In this document: positions 1 to 10,424 of the stretch, piece after piece
Layout of the letters: each line of letters begins with the position of its first letter
Position numbering within the stretch: position 1 is the stretch's first letter
Origin: Mesorhizobium amorphae
GTDB lineage: Bacteria; Pseudomonadota; Alphaproteobacteria; Rhizobiales; Rhizobiaceae
Assembly: GCA_003240775.1 (NCBI GenBank)
Contig: QFNI01000019.1
Location: forward strand, 671 to 64,670
DNA: 64,000 bases
Direction: 5' to 3'
Notes under the pieces: model-generated
What the model was told of the DNA's origin: nothing
Databases searched by the model: none
The model's input: only the letters and a program-made list of their open reading frames with translations
Position numbers and translations under genes: made by a program

Positions 1-16
1 AGGAGGAGAGCGCCCG

Positions 17-1135
17 ATGAACTCGCCCGAACGCGTGGGCGTTCCCCTTCCCGGTCGCGAATACGATATCCTGATCGGCCCGGGCCTGCTTGCCCGCGCG
101 GGCGAGGAGGTGGCGAAACGCCTCGGACCCGTGCGCGCGGCAGTGGTGGCCGACGAAAACGTCGCGGCGCTTCACCTCGCGCCCCTGATCGAGGGGTTGG
201 CGGCAGGCGGCGTCGAGGCGCGCGCGCTCGTGCTTTCGCCGGGCGAAAAGACAAAGGGGTTCTCCTCGCTGCAGGGCGTGGTGGAGTTCGCGCTCGCCGA
301 GCGGCTCGAGCGCCGCGACGCGCTGGTGGCGCTGGGCGGCGGGGTGATCGGCGATCTCGTGGGCTTCGCAGCCGGCATCGTGCGGCGCGGCATGCCTTTC
401 GTTCAGGTGCCGACCTCGCTTCTGGCGCAGGTCGATTCCTCGGTCGGCGGCAAGACCGGCATCAACAGTCCGCATGGCAAGAACTTGGTCGGCGTATTCC
501 ACCAACCCCGCCTGGTGCTCGCGGACACGAACGTGCTCGACACGCTTTCCCCCCGCGAGTTCCGCGCGGGCTATGCCGAGGTGGTCAAATACGGACTGAT
601 CGACCGGCCCGACTTCTTCCGCTGGCTGGAAGAAAACCGCGAGGAGATCTTTGCGGGCGGCCCCGCACGCACCCGCGCCATCGCCGAATCGTGCCGCGCC
701 AAGGCGGATGTGGTGGTGCGCGACGAGTTCGAGCACGGCGACCGCGCGCTTCTGAACCTCGGCCACACCTTCGGCCACGCGCTCGAAGGCGCGACCGGCT
801 ATGACGGCGCCCGCCTCGTCCACGGCGAGGGCGTTGCCATCGGCGTAAGCCTGGCGCTGCGCTTCTCGGCCCGCCTCAACCTCGCGAGCCCTGACGACGC
901 ATCCCGCGTCGAAGCCCATTTCCGCGCAGCCGGCCTGCCCACCCGCATCCAGGACATCCCAGGTCCCCCGCCCGACGCCGAAACGCTGATGGGCTTCATG
1001 CTGCAAGACAAGAAGGTCGAAGGCGGCAAGCTGACATTCATCCTGTCCCGCGCTATCGGCCAGAGCTTCATCGCCAAGGACGTGCCGCTTTCCGAAGCCC
1101 AATCCTTCCTGAGCGACACGCTTTCGACGCCCTGA
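17..1135 (+). CDS. aroB: 3-dehydroquinate synthase
   Basis: Motifs ALGGGVIGD, QVPTSLLAQVDSSVGGKTGIN, LNLGHTFGHALE and HGEGV; AGGAGG RBS upstream. Confidence 0.97.
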   Translation: MNSPERVGVPLPGREYDILIGPGLLARAGEEVAKRLGPVRAAVVADENVAALHLAPLIEGLAAGGVEARALVLSPGEKTKGFSSLQGVVEFALAERLERRDALVALGGGVIGDLVGFAAGIVRRGMPFVQVPTSLLAQVDSSVGGKTGINSPHGKNLVGVFHQPRLVLADTNVLDTLSPREFRAGYAEVVKYGLIDRPDFFRWLEENREEIFAGGPARTRAIAESCRAKADVVVRDEFEHGDRALLNLGHTFGHALEGATGYDGARLVHGEGVAIGVSLALRFSARLNLASPDDASRVEAHFRAAGLPTRIQDIPGPPPDAETLMGFMLQDKKVEGGKLTFILSRAIGQSFIAKDVPLSEAQSFLSDTLSTP

Positions 1136-1141
1136 CCCCCG

Positions 1142-1170
1142 TTGGCGCCTGCCCGCCGATCGTCTATAGC
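1142..1170 (+). promoter_or_regulatory. Putative sigma70 promoter of tRNA-Arg
   Basis: TTGGCG-N17-TATAGC directly upstream of the tRNA. Confidence 0.5.
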
Positions 1171-1181
1171 AGGCGCGTCGT

Positions 1182-1258
1182 GGTCCCGTAGCTCAGTAGG
1201 ATAGAGCGGCAGATTCCTAATCTGTAGGCCACTGGTTCGAATCCAGTCGGGATCACCA
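1182..1258 (+). tRNA. tRNA-Arg (anticodon CCT)
   Basis: 77-nt cloverleaf GGTCCCG...CGGGATC-A-CCA; D arm GCTCAGTAGGATAGAGC; anticodon arm GCAGA-TTCCTAA-TCTGT; T loop GGTTCGAATCC. Confidence 0.96.
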
Positions 1259-1350
1259 CCCTTCCCCCATCGCATGTCTGCCTGAAGCCCGCTCTTGCGT
1301 GCGGGGTTCGGGTTTGGTCTCATCTGCGTGTTCGCAAGGGAGGAACGCAG

Positions 1351-1581
1351 ATGGATTGGGTGGAAACGGTTTGCCCTGTGAGCGAGGAGCCGGCGTTGCG
1401 GCGGGCGGAGGGGGCTGACGTCGAGGAGTTCAAGTGCCCGATCTGCCGCAAGTTCAGGATCAGCGCAGAGGCGCTGGAGGGAATCAAGCGCTATGATCGC
1501 GAAGGGCGGATGGAATTGCTGCATCTCGCGCAGGGGCTGGCTGGGCCCGACGAGGTTCCGCTGATCGACAAGGTGCCCTGA
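1351..1581 (+). CDS. Small hypothetical protein with CPV...CPIC (zinc-ribbon-like) motif
   Basis: 76-aa ORF, GGAGG RBS, protein-like composition. Confidence 0.6.
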   Translation: MDWVETVCPVSEEPALRRAEGADVEEFKCPICRKFRISAEALEGIKRYDREGRMELLHLAQGLAGPDEVPLIDKVP

Positions 1582-1665
1582 GGGATGGGGAACCGCAGCG
1601 GGGTTGAGGCGTCTTCGTGATCGTGGGGCATGCGGGGCGCTGCCCGGCGATGGCGGAGATGCGGG

Positions 1666-1908
1666 ATGTTCGAGGTGGTGCACGAGACGCGCAAGGACGG
1701 GCAGACGCCGGATGCGCAGGCCGCGCCGCTGACGAGCCTGGTTCTGTCCTCGAAATTTCAGACCGAAGCCAAGGCGCGCTCGGCCTGCCAGGGTTTTCAG
1801 GCGCCCTATGACGAGCGCTGGGACGAGGAAGGCCGCAACTGGTTTTTCGGGCGCTCGGCGAAAGAGCCGGGCAAGGTCTCGATCTGGTACTACCGGCCCG
1901 AGGCCTGA
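1666..1908 (+). CDS. Small hypothetical protein (80 aa)
   Basis: ATG at 1666 after GGAG; abuts the convergent MFS stop; protein-like composition. Confidence 0.55.
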   Translation: MFEVVHETRKDGQTPDAQAAPLTSLVLSSKFQTEAKARSACQGFQAPYDERWDEEGRNWFFGRSAKEPGKVSIWYYRPEA

Positions 1909-3075
1909 TCAGCCGGCAAGGGTTGCGACGGGTGCGGGCGCCTGGGCCTGCGGGCGGCGGCGCAGCCAAGCGGTGAGCGCGAGAGCCAGCGCAAAGAGAA
2001 GTCCGTTCACCGCAAAGGCGACGGGATAGGCGAAACGCTCGGCCATCTCGCCGAACAAAAGGGGCGCGGGAATGCGCGGGAGCGCCGTGACGAGCGCGAG
2101 CACGCCGAGCGCCTGGGCTGCCGCAAGACCCGCATAGCGCGGGGCGAGCGAAAAGCCGCATGGCACGAGGCAGCCCGTGCCTGCGCCGATCAGCGCGAAG
2201 CCCACAGCACTTTGGGCGAACGAAGTGCTGGTCGCCACCACGGCGAAGCCCAAGGCCGCCCCCAGGATCGACAGTTCCATCACGCGCAGATCGCCGAGCC
2301 GACGGCGGAACCGGTCGGCCCAGCATCGCACGAGGCCCTGGCAGAGCGAGAACGCGGTGGCGCCGAAGCCGGCATAGGCCGCAAGCTCGGGCGACTGGGC
2401 GGCGAGCGCGGGTGCCGAAAACATGATGGCCGCCATCTCGCCGGCGATGCAGATGCCGACGATCAGGCCGAGCAGCACGATCGGCCGGTTGAAACGCCAT
2501 GATTGCGGGGGCGCGGTGTCGTCGAGTGCGGCCACGGCGCGACGAGGGGTCAGGCGGCGAACGGCGATCAGCGCTGCGCCATAGACGAGGCAGGCGAGAA
2601 GGGCGGTGGCCAACGGGCCGCCATGCGTCATCACTAGGCTGCCGAGGATGGCGGTCGCGGCCGAGGCGAAGGAAGCGGAGGCGTGGAACCCCGCGAGAAC
2701 GGGGCGGCCGATCTCGGCTTCCACCGCCGTGCCTTCGGCGTTCATCAGGCCGTCGAAAGCGCCCGCGACGAGGCCGAAAGCGGTGATGCCCGCGAGAAAG
2801 CCGGCCGGGCTCTGCACGTTGAGAAGCACGATCAGGGCGGCCATGGCGAGCGCGATGGAACACAGCAGCAGCGTCTTGATCGATCGGCTGCGCGAAAGAA
2901 CGCCGCCGCCGGCCATGCCCAGAAGCGACGCCGCGATGAAGGTGGTGACGGCATAGCCCAGCAATTGCGGCGTCATGCCGGAGCGCAGCGCAACGCTCGC
3001 GATGGCGCCCGCCCAAAGGCCGTAGCCCGCGCCAAAGGCGATGAAGGCAGCGAAAACAGCGTGGCGCGGTGTCAT
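1909..3075 (-). CDS. MFS transporter
   Basis: Many hydrophobic helices and a motif-A-like segment (WADRFRRRLGD); start probably MTPRH (3075) or 3090. Confidence 0.85.
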   Translation of the reverse strand: MTPRHAVFAAFIAFGAGYGLWAGAIASVALRSGMTPQLLGYAVTTFIAASLLGMAGGGVLSRSRSIKTLLLCSIALAMAALIVLLNVQSPAGFLAGITAFGLVAGAFDGLMNAEGTAVEAEIGRPVLAGFHASASFASAATAILGSLVMTHGGPLATALLACLVYGAALIAVRRLTPRRAVAALDDTAPPQSWRFNRPIVLLGLIVGICIAGEMAAIMFSAPALAAQSPELAAYAGFGATAFSLCQGLVRCWADRFRRRLGDLRVMELSILGAALGFAVVATSTSFAQSAVGFALIGAGTGCLVPCGFSLAPRYAGLAAAQALGVLALVTALPRIPAPLLFGEMAERFAYPVAFAVNGLLFALALALTAWLRRRPQAQAPAPVATLAG

Positions 3076-3157
3076 GGTGCCGCTGTGCATCGGCGAAATC
3101 GCGCGCGCAATGGGGTGGAAGGGGCGCCGTGCAGATTTGATCGACGGCGTGCTTTCG

Positions 3158-3775
3158 TCACCCGCCGTCGAGCACGTGGAGGCGGCCTTCGGCTGCGGCG
3201 CGCTCCACGAAGCTGCGCTCGTCTCCCCAGGCGTGGCGGCGCCAGCCGGCCCAGGAGAAGCCGACAAGCTCGATCCGCCATTCGGCTGCGGGAAACCGCT
3301 CGAGCGCGTCCCAGACACCGAAATAGCCGGTGGAGGGAAAGACCTCGCGCATGGTGGCATCGGAGAGGCCGAGTGCCGCGCAGCCGTCGAGATAGAACTG
3401 CCGGGGCAGCACGCTCACCGTCTTGCCCGCGCGGCCGAAGGCGAGAATCGTGGCCCAGGTCCAGTCGGCGCGGCGGCCCTTGATGCGCGACAAGACGTTG
3501 GGGCGGGGAAAGAAGCGTTGGATGATGTCGGGATGGTAGGCGAGCACCACCTCGCGCGCGGCCCGAAAGATGGGCGAGCCGATGAGGGCGGGGTCGCGAA
3601 GGCGGCGCTGCATGGGCTTGCCGGAATTGGCCATCATCAAGCGGTCGGTGCGCGTGCCCGAAAGACCGATGCCGGCCTTGGGCTCGTTGAAGCGCAGCAC
3701 GAAGTCCGCCGCATCCACATGGGCGCTCCAATCGCGCCCGAGCGGGCCGTTGCCGACGATCACCAGCCGCTTCAC
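3158..3775 (-). CDS. GT29 (sialyltransferase-like) family protein
   Basis: Sialylmotif-like segments VIVGNG..VDAADFVLRFN..GTRT, FPSTG, LVGF and H-x4-E (HAWGDE). Confidence 0.7.
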   Translation of the reverse strand: MKRLVIVGNGPLGRDWSAHVDAADFVLRFNEPKAGIGLSGTRTDRLMMANSGKPMQRRLRDPALIGSPIFRAAREVVLAYHPDIIQRFFPRPNVLSRIKGRRADWTWATILAFGRAGKTVSVLPRQFYLDGCAALGLSDATMREVFPSTGYFGVWDALERFPAAEWRIELVGFSWAGWRRHAWGDERSFVERAAAEGRLHVLDGG

Positions 3776-3832
3776 CGCCGCGCCTCCGTTTGCTCGGCCC
3801 CTTGCCCCGAATGGCGCGGGGCCGCAAGGGCG

Positions 3833-4894
3833 TCAGCCCGAGCGCTGCTCTTTCAGGAGAAGGGCGCGTTTGCGGTCGACGCCCCAGCGATAGCCGGACA
3901 AGGCGCCATCGTTGCGCACCACGCGATGGCAGGGCACGGCGACCGCGAGCGGGTTCGCAGCGCAGGCCCCGGCCACCGCCCGCGTCGCGGACGGCGCGCC
4001 GATGCGCGCGGCGAGTTCGGCATAGGAAACGGTTTCGCCCGCAGGGATGGCGACGAGCGCGCGCCAGACCCGCTCCTGAAAGGCCGTGCCCTGGATGTCG
4101 AGCGGCAGGCCATGCCCGCGGTGGGGGTCTTCCACAAGCCCGACGACCTCGGCCACCACCTGCTCGAAGCCTGCGTCACCGGGTTGGAGCTCGGCTTGGG
4201 GGAAACGGTCCTGGAGATCTCGGACGAGTGCCTCGGGATCGTCGCAGAGCAGGATGGCACAGACGCCACGCGCGCTTTGCGCGACGAGCACCGCGCCCAG
4301 CGAACTCTGGCCGACCGCGAAACGGATCGTCGAGCCGGCGGCCCCCTTGCGCAGGCTCGCGGGCTTCACGCCGAGGCGCTTCGCAGCACTCTCATAGAAG
4401 CGGCTGTTGGAGGTGAAGCCCGCTGCATAGATGGCATCGGTGACAGTGGCAGAGCTGTCCGCGAGTGCTGCACGCATGCGCTTGGCCTGCTCGGCCGCGC
4501 CATAGGCCTTGGGCGTCAGGCCGGTGGCAGCCTTGAACAGGCGATGGAAACGCGATGCGCTGAGGCCGACGCGGGTCGCGAGTTCCTCGAGCAGTGGAGG
4601 CTCGGGCGTGTCTTCCAGGATGCGGCACGCCCGAGCGATGCGGGAAACGTCGCGCTCGCTTTGCGAGGGACCGTCGGGCGTGCAGCGCAGGCAAGGGCGG
4701 AAGCCTGCACGTTTGGCCTCAGCGTTGTCGGCGAAGAAGCGGAGGTTTTCGGGCCGGGCGGGACGCGACGGGCAGGACGGGCGGCAGTAAACGCCGGTGG
4801 TCGTCACGCCGTAGACGAAACTGCCGTCCGCACGCGCATCGCGCGCGGCAACGGCCGCCCAGCGGGCTTGGGGATCGGTCATCGGCTGGTCCAT
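3833..4894 (-). CDS. ada: Bifunctional transcriptional activator / O6-methylguanine-DNA methyltransferase
   Basis: N-terminal Zn site YCRPSC...RPCLRC, AraC HTH, C-terminal PCHRV; start MDQPM after GGAG. Confidence 0.93.
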   Translation of the reverse strand: MDQPMTDPQARWAAVAARDARADGSFVYGVTTTGVYCRPSCPSRPARPENLRFFADNAEAKRAGFRPCLRCTPDGPSQSERDVSRIARACRILEDTPEPPLLEELATRVGLSASRFHRLFKAATGLTPKAYGAAEQAKRMRAALADSSATVTDAIYAAGFTSNSRFYESAAKRLGVKPASLRKGAAGSTIRFAVGQSSLGAVLVAQSARGVCAILLCDDPEALVRDLQDRFPQAELQPGDAGFEQVVAEVVGLVEDPHRGHGLPLDIQGTAFQERVWRALVAIPAGETVSYAELAARIGAPSATRAVAGACAANPLAVAVPCHRVVRNDGALSGYRWGVDRKRALLLKEQRSG

Positions 4895-5022
4895 GACGGG
4901 TGCTCCGTGTTGTGATGGAGCCAAGGTAGTTTGTCGATGGGGTGCGGGCACTCCGGTCCTTGCTGCCGAATTCGGGAAGTGAACTGACGTCGCGTGCTTG
5001 ACCACACCCACCTCCCATTTTA

Positions 5023-5040
5023 TGAATGATCGTTCATTCA
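5023..5040. promoter_or_regulatory. Palindromic operator, likely bound by the adjacent TetR
   Basis: TGAATGA-TCGT-TCATTCA directly upstream of the TetR-liu operon. Confidence 0.65.
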
Positions 5041-5050
5041 GCGAGGTGCC

Positions 5051-5653
5051 ATGCCGCCCAAGGGCCAAGCCACCGCCGAACGCATCGAGCAGGCAGCGTT
5101 GAAGCTGTTTGCAGCGCGGGGTTACGCGGCTGTCTCTATGCGCGACATCGCCGACGGCGTGGGCATCCGCCAAGGCGGGCTCTACAACCATTTTCCGACC
5201 AAGCAGAGCATCCTGTTCGGCCTGCTCGCGGGCCACATGGAGCGGTTGATCACGGCATGGGGCGAAAACGCGGCGGGCGGGAGTGCCGCCGAGCGGCTTA
5301 CGGCGTTCGCCCGCTTCCACATCCGCTTCCATTTCGCACGGCCCGACGAGGTGTTCATCGCCTACATGGAGCTGCGAAGCCTGGAGGCGGAGAACTTCAC
5401 GGCCATCGAGCGCCTGCGCGACCGCTACGAGGCGGGCCTGCGCGACATCCTGGACGAGCTCGGACAAGCCGAGCCGGCGGTTGCCGCGCGCGCGCTGATC
5501 GCCATGCTGACGGGCGTGACCACATGGTACCGGCCGGGTGGGCGGCTGTCGATCGGGGCGGTGGAAGCGCTCTATGTCGACATGGCGCGCGGCGCGGTCG
5601 GCCTTTCTCCCCTTTCCCAAGAGATGGAGCTTGCATGTTCGACGGCGGCTTGA
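5051..5653 (+). CDS. TetR-family regulator of the leucine catabolism operon
   Basis: HTH segment [11 protein letters not shown]...GLYNHFPTK; overlaps the ivd start. Confidence 0.92.
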   Translation: MPPKGQATAERIEQAALKLFAARGYAAVSMRDIADGVGIRQGGLYNHFPTKQSILFGLLAGHMERLITAWGENAAGGSAAERLTAFARFHIRFHFARPDEVFIAYMELRSLEAENFTAIERLRDRYEAGLRDILDELGQAEPAVAARALIAMLTGVTTWYRPGGRLSIGAVEALYVDMARGAVGLSPLSQEMELACSTAA

Positions 5654-6801
5654 GCTTCGGCCTGCCCGAGGAGATCGGGCTTCTCCAGGACACCGTGCGC
5701 CGCTTCGCCCGCGAGCGGGTGGCGCCCTTGGCCGACGAGATGGATCGCGAGGGCACGTTTCCCGCGGAGCTCTGGGGCGAGCTCGGCGCGCTCGGACTTC
5801 TCGGATTGACGGTGGAAGAAGAATGGGGCGGGGCCGGCATGGGCTATCTCGCCCATGTGGTTGCGATGGAAGAACTGAGCCGCGCCTCGGCCTCGGTCGG
5901 CTTGTCCTATGGCGCGCATTCCAATCTCTGCGTGAACCAGATCAGGCGCGCGGGCTCGGACGCGCAGAAGCGGACATACCTGCCTGCTCTCGTTTCCGGC
6001 GAGGCGGTGGGAGCGCTTGCGATGTCCGAAGCCGGCGCTGGCTCGGATGTGGTGGGTATGAAGCTGCGCGCGGAGAAGCGGAGCGACGGATACCTGCTGA
6101 ACGGCACCAAGATGTGGATAACCAACGGGCCGGACGCCGCGACACTGGTGGTCTATGCCAAGACCGAACCAGAGGCCGGCGCGCGTGGGATCACGGCCTT
6201 CATCGTGGAGCGCGGGTTCTCAGGGTTTTCCGCTTCGCCCAAGCTCGACAAGCTGGGCATGCGGGGATCCCACACGTCGGAACTCGTGTTCTCCGACTGC
6301 CTCGTGCCCCTGGAGAACGTTCTGGGCGAGGAGAACCGGGGCGTCGAAGTCCTGATGAGTGGGCTCGACTATGAGCGGATCGTGTTGGCCGGCGGGCCGC
6401 TCGGCATCATGGCGGCCTGTCTCGATGCGGCACTTCCCTATGCGCGGGAGCGCCACCAGTTCGGCGAAGCGATCGGCAGCTTCCAGCTGATGGGAGGCAA
6501 GCTCGCGGACATGTATGTGCGCGCCAACGCCGCCCGCGCCTATGTCTATGCGGTGGCGAATGCTGCCGACCGGGGCGAAACCACGCGCAAGGACGCGGCG
6601 GGCTGCATCCTTTTCGCCGCGGAGACGGCGACAGCATTGGCGCTCGAAGCCATCCAGACCTTGGGCGGCAACGGCTACACCAACGACTATCCTACCGGCC
6701 GCCTGCTGCGCGACGCCAAGCTTTACGAGATCGGCGCCGGCACCTCCGAGATCAGGCGGATGCTGATCGGGCGCGAGCTGCACCGGGAGACGGCGCCGTG
6801 A
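5635..6801 (+). CDS. ivd: Isovaleryl-CoA dehydrogenase
   Basis: [29 protein letters not shown] and [15 protein letters not shown]; start MFDGG at 5635. Confidence 0.95.
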   Translation: MFDGGLSFGLPEEIGLLQDTVRRFARERVAPLADEMDREGTFPAELWGELGALGLLGLTVEEEWGGAGMGYLAHVVAMEELSRASASVGLSYGAHSNLCVNQIRRAGSDAQKRTYLPALVSGEAVGALAMSEAGAGSDVVGMKLRAEKRSDGYLLNGTKMWITNGPDAATLVVYAKTEPEAGARGITAFIVERGFSGFSASPKLDKLGMRGSHTSELVFSDCLVPLENVLGEENRGVEVLMSGLDYERIVLAGGPLGIMAACLDAALPYARERHQFGEAIGSFQLMGGKLADMYVRANAARAYVYAVANAADRGETTRKDAAGCILFAAETATALALEAIQTLGGNGYTNDYPTGRLLRDAKLYEIGAGTSEIRRMLIGRELHRETAP

Positions 6802-8405
6802 GCGTGCTGTCCTCCCAGCTTTCCCCACGCTCCGACGCCTTCCGGCGCAACCGGGAGGCGATGGAAGAGAAACTGCGGGCGGTGGATGCGGCGGCGCGAA
6901 CCGCGCTCGACGGGGGCGGCGAGACGGCGCGCGCGCGCCACGTGTCGCGCGGCAAGCTCCTGCCGCGCGAACGGGTCGCGCGTCTTCTCGATCCCGGCTC
7001 GCCCTTTCTTGAGATCGGCCTGCTCGCGGCCAACGGCCTCTACCGCGACGAGGTGCCGGCTGCCGGGATGATCGCGGGCGTGGGCCGGGTGGCGGGCCGC
7101 GAGGTGATGGTGGTGTGCAACGACGCCACCGTGAAGGGCGGCACCTATTATCCGCTGACCGTGAAGAAGCATCTGCGGGCGCAGGAGATTGCCTTCGAGA
7201 ACCGGCTTCCTTGCGTCTATCTCGTGGATTCCGGCGGCGCCAACCTGCCCGAGCAGGACCAGGTGTTTCCCGACCGCGACGGTTTCGGCCGCATCTTCTT
7301 CAACCAGGCGCGGATGTCGGCCGAAGGCATCGCGCAGATTGCCGTCGTCATGGGCTCGTGCACGGCGGGCGGCGCCTATGTTCCCGCGATGTCGGACGAA
7401 ACCGTGATCGTGCGAAACCAGGGCACGATCTTCCTGGCTGGCCCACCGCTCGTGAGGGAGGCGACGGGCGAAGTGGTCTCCGCCGAGGACCTGGGCGGCG
7501 GCACGCTTCACGCCACGCTGTCGGGCGTGGCCGACCATCTGGCCGACGACGACGACCACGCGCTCGTTCTCGCCCGGCAGGCGGTCGCAAGCCTCAACGG
7601 TTCCAAGCAGTTGGGCGTCGAGATTCGCGCGAGCGAGGAGCCTATTCACGAAGAAGATGAGCTTCTGGGCCTCGTGCCAGCCGACGGGCGCACGCCGTTC
7701 GACATGCGCGAGCTGATCGCGCGCGTGGTGGACGGCTCGAAGCTGCACGAGTTCAAGCCGCTTTATGGCGAAACACTGGTTTGCGGCTTCGCGCATATCC
7801 ACGGGATGCCCGTGGGCATCATCGCGAACAACGGGGTGATCTTTTCCGAAAGTGCGGTGAAGGGCGCGCATTTCGTGGAACTCTGCTCGCAGCGCCGCGT
7901 GCCGCTGGTGTTTCTGCAGAATGTCACGGGCTTCATGGTGGGGCGCGACTACGAGGCGGGCGGCATCGCCAAGCACGGAGCGAAGCTCGTGACGGCCGTC
8001 TCCACCACTTCCGTGCCCAAGATCACGGTGCTGGTCGGCGGTTCCTACGGGGCGGGCAATTACGGCATGTGCGGACGAGCGTTCTCGCCGCGTTTTCTGT
8101 GGTCGTGGCCGTCTGCGCGCATCGCGGTGATGGGCGGGCCGCAGGCGGCGGGCGTGCTCGCGACCGTGAAGCGCGAGGCCATGGCGCGCAAGGACGAGGC
8201 GTGGAGCGGGGAGGCCGAGGAAGCCTTCAAGGCGCCGACGATCCGCCAGTTCGAGGAGCAGAGCCACCCGCTCTATGCCTCCGCACGCCTGTGGGACGAC
8301 GGCATCATCGACCCCCGCCACACGCGCAGCGTGCTCGCACTCTCGCTTTCGGCGGCACTCAACGCGCCGATCCCCGAAACGCGCTTCGGCCTTTTCCGGA
8401 TGTGA
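6798..8405 (+). CDS. mccB: 3-methylcrotonyl-CoA carboxylase, carboxyltransferase (beta) subunit
   Basis: [21 protein letters not shown] and [12 protein letters not shown]; follows ivd. Confidence 0.95.
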   Translation: MSVLSSQLSPRSDAFRRNREAMEEKLRAVDAAARTALDGGGETARARHVSRGKLLPRERVARLLDPGSPFLEIGLLAANGLYRDEVPAAGMIAGVGRVAGREVMVVCNDATVKGGTYYPLTVKKHLRAQEIAFENRLPCVYLVDSGGANLPEQDQVFPDRDGFGRIFFNQARMSAEGIAQIAVVMGSCTAGGAYVPAMSDETVIVRNQGTIFLAGPPLVREATGEVVSAEDLGGGTLHATLSGVADHLADDDDHALVLARQAVASLNGSKQLGVEIRASEEPIHEEDELLGLVPADGRTPFDMRELIARVVDGSKLHEFKPLYGETLVCGFAHIHGMPVGIIANNGVIFSESAVKGAHFVELCSQRRVPLVFLQNVTGFMVGRDYEAGGIAKHGAKLVTAVSTTSVPKITVLVGGSYGAGNYGMCGRAFSPRFLWSWPSARIAVMGGPQAAGVLATVKREAMARKDEAWSGEAEEAFKAPTIRQFEEQSHPLYASARLWDDGIIDPRHTRSVLALSLSAALNAPIPETRFGLFRM

Positions 8406-10390
8406 TGGGAATGTTTCGCTCGCTCCTGATCGCCAATCGCGGCGAGATCGCCTGCCGCATCGTCCGCACCGCGCGCCGCATGGGCCTTCGCACGATCGCG
8501 GTCGCCTCCGAGGCCGACCGCGACGCGCTGCATGCGCGGTTGGCGGACAAGACGGTGGTGATCGGCCCGAGCCCCGCCGCCGAGAGCTACCTGCGCATCG
8601 ACCGCGTGCTCGACGCGGCGCGGCAGACGGGCGCGGACGCCATCCATCCCGGCTACGGCTTCCTGTCTGAGAACCCCGAACTCGCTGATGCGGCCGTGAG
8701 CGCGGGGCTCGTCTTCGTCGGGCCCCCGGCTTCCGCCATCCGTGCGATGGGGCTGAAGGATGCGGCCAAGCGGCTGATGGAGGAAGCCGGCGTGCCCGTG
8801 GTGCCGGGCTATCACGGCGAGCGGCAGGAAACGGACTTCCTTCGCGACGAGGCCGAGCGCATCGGCTGGCCCGTGCTGATCAAGGCCCGCGCGGGCGGCG
8901 GCGGCAAGGGGATGCGGCGGGTGGCGGACCCGAGCGATTTCGCGGCCGCCCTCGAAGGCGCGCGCCGCGAAGCGAAGGCGGCTTTCGGCGACGGCGCGGT
9001 GCTGGTCGAGAAATATCTCGCATCCCCCCGTCACATCGAGATCCAGGTGTTCGGGGACGCGAAGGGCGAAGCCGTTCACCTCTTCGAGCGCGACTGCTCC
9101 TTGCAGCGTCGCCACCAGAAGGTGATTGAGGAGGCCCCCGCCCCCGGCATGACCGAGGAGATGCGCCATGCGATGGGCGAGGCGGCGGTGCGCGCGGCCA
9201 AGGCCGTCGGCTACCAGGGCGCAGGCACCGTGGAGTTCATCGCCGACGGCTCCGAAGGGCTGCGGCCCGACCGGTTCTTTTTCATGGAGATGAACACGCG
9301 GCTGCAGGTGGAGCATCCGGTGACCGAGGCGGTGACGGGCATCGACCTCGTGGAGTGGCAGTTGCGGGTGGCGGCCGGCGAGCCCCTGCCTCTGGCGCAG
9401 GAGGCGATCCGGCTGACGGGCCATGCCGTGGAAGCGCGCCTTTACGCGGAAGACCCCCAAAGCGGCTTCCTGCCCTCCACGGGGCGGCTCGCGCATCTCT
9501 CCTTTCCTGAGACCGTGCGCGTCGATGCAGGCGTGGAGGCAGGCGACCCTGTGACGCCGTTCTACGACCCGATGGTGGCGAAGCTGATCGCCCATGCGCC
9601 CGACCGGGACACGGCGCTGGACAGCCTCGCGCAGGCACTGCGGAGCACGGAGGTGGTGGGGCCTGCCACCAACCGCGAATTCCTGTTTCGCCTGCTGGAC
9701 GATGGGGACTTCCGCGACGGCCGTTTCGACACGGGGCTGATCGAACGCAAGCTTTCCGATCTTTTGGCTCCGCCGGACAGCAGAGAGGCCGGAGCACTCG
9801 GCGCGCTCGCCATGCTCGGCGCGTTCGACGAACCCGCTTCGCCTGATCCGTGGGATCGCCTACGCGATTTCCGCCAGTTCGGCCCTGCCCGCCGCACGGT
9901 GCGGATGCGGCTTGCGGGCGAGGAGCAGGCGGTCGAGACGGCCTTCGACTCGGGAGTCTGGACGGTGGGCGATCGCACGATCCGCGTTCTCAAGCGTGGG
10001 AACAAACCGCGCGTGGAGATCGACGGTTGGGCAGTGCATCTCTCCGTGATCCGCACGGGCGCTTTGCTGACGCTTTTCGTCGGCGGCCGATCCTGGCAAG
10101 TCGAGACCTTGGGTCGAAAGGCGAGCGAGGCCGAGGGGGCAGGCGCGTCTTCGCTTCATGCTCCGATGCCAGGCACCGTGCGGGCGCTGTTCGTGACGGC
10201 GGGTCAGACCGTCGAAAAGGGCGAGCCGCTTTTGGTGCTGGAAGCCATGAAGATGGAGCACACGATCCCAGCCCCGCGCGCGGGCAGCGTGGCGGAAGTG
10301 CTGGTGGCTGCCGGCGAGCGCGTGGAAGCGCGTTCGCTTCTGCTCAGGCTGGCGGATGATGCGGCGGCGCTCGACAGAGGAGCAGACTAG
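8405..10390 (+). CDS. mccA: 3-methylcrotonyl-CoA carboxylase, biotin carboxylase/carrier (alpha) subunit
   Basis: LIANRGEIA, HPGYGFLSEN, EMNTRLQVEHPVTE and biotinylation motif EAMKM. Confidence 0.93.
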   Translation: MGMFRSLLIANRGEIACRIVRTARRMGLRTIAVASEADRDALHARLADKTVVIGPSPAAESYLRIDRVLDAARQTGADAIHPGYGFLSENPELADAAVSAGLVFVGPPASAIRAMGLKDAAKRLMEEAGVPVVPGYHGERQETDFLRDEAERIGWPVLIKARAGGGGKGMRRVADPSDFAAALEGARREAKAAFGDGAVLVEKYLASPRHIEIQVFGDAKGEAVHLFERDCSLQRRHQKVIEEAPAPGMTEEMRHAMGEAAVRAAKAVGYQGAGTVEFIADGSEGLRPDRFFFMEMNTRLQVEHPVTEAVTGIDLVEWQLRVAAGEPLPLAQEAIRLTGHAVEARLYAEDPQSGFLPSTGRLAHLSFPETVRVDAGVEAGDPVTPFYDPMVAKLIAHAPDRDTALDSLAQALRSTEVVGPATNREFLFRLLDDGDFRDGRFDTGLIERKLSDLLAPPDSREAGALGALAMLGAFDEPASPDPWDRLRDFRQFGPARRTVRMRLAGEEQAVETAFDSGVWTVGDRTIRVLKRGNKPRVEIDGWAVHLSVIRTGALLTLFVGGRSWQVETLGRKASEAEGAGASSLHAPMPGTVRALFVTAGQTVEKGEPLLVLEAMKMEHTIPAPRAGSVAEVLVAAGERVEARSLLLRLADDAAALDRGAD

Positions 10391-10424
10391 GCTAGAACAC
10401 TCCCCTTCCATGGGAGGGAAGCCG

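Noticed and set aside
1182..1258. tRNA as the attachment site of a large integrated element
   Set aside because: No integrase, no repeated tRNA 3' end noticed, and no compositional shift downstream
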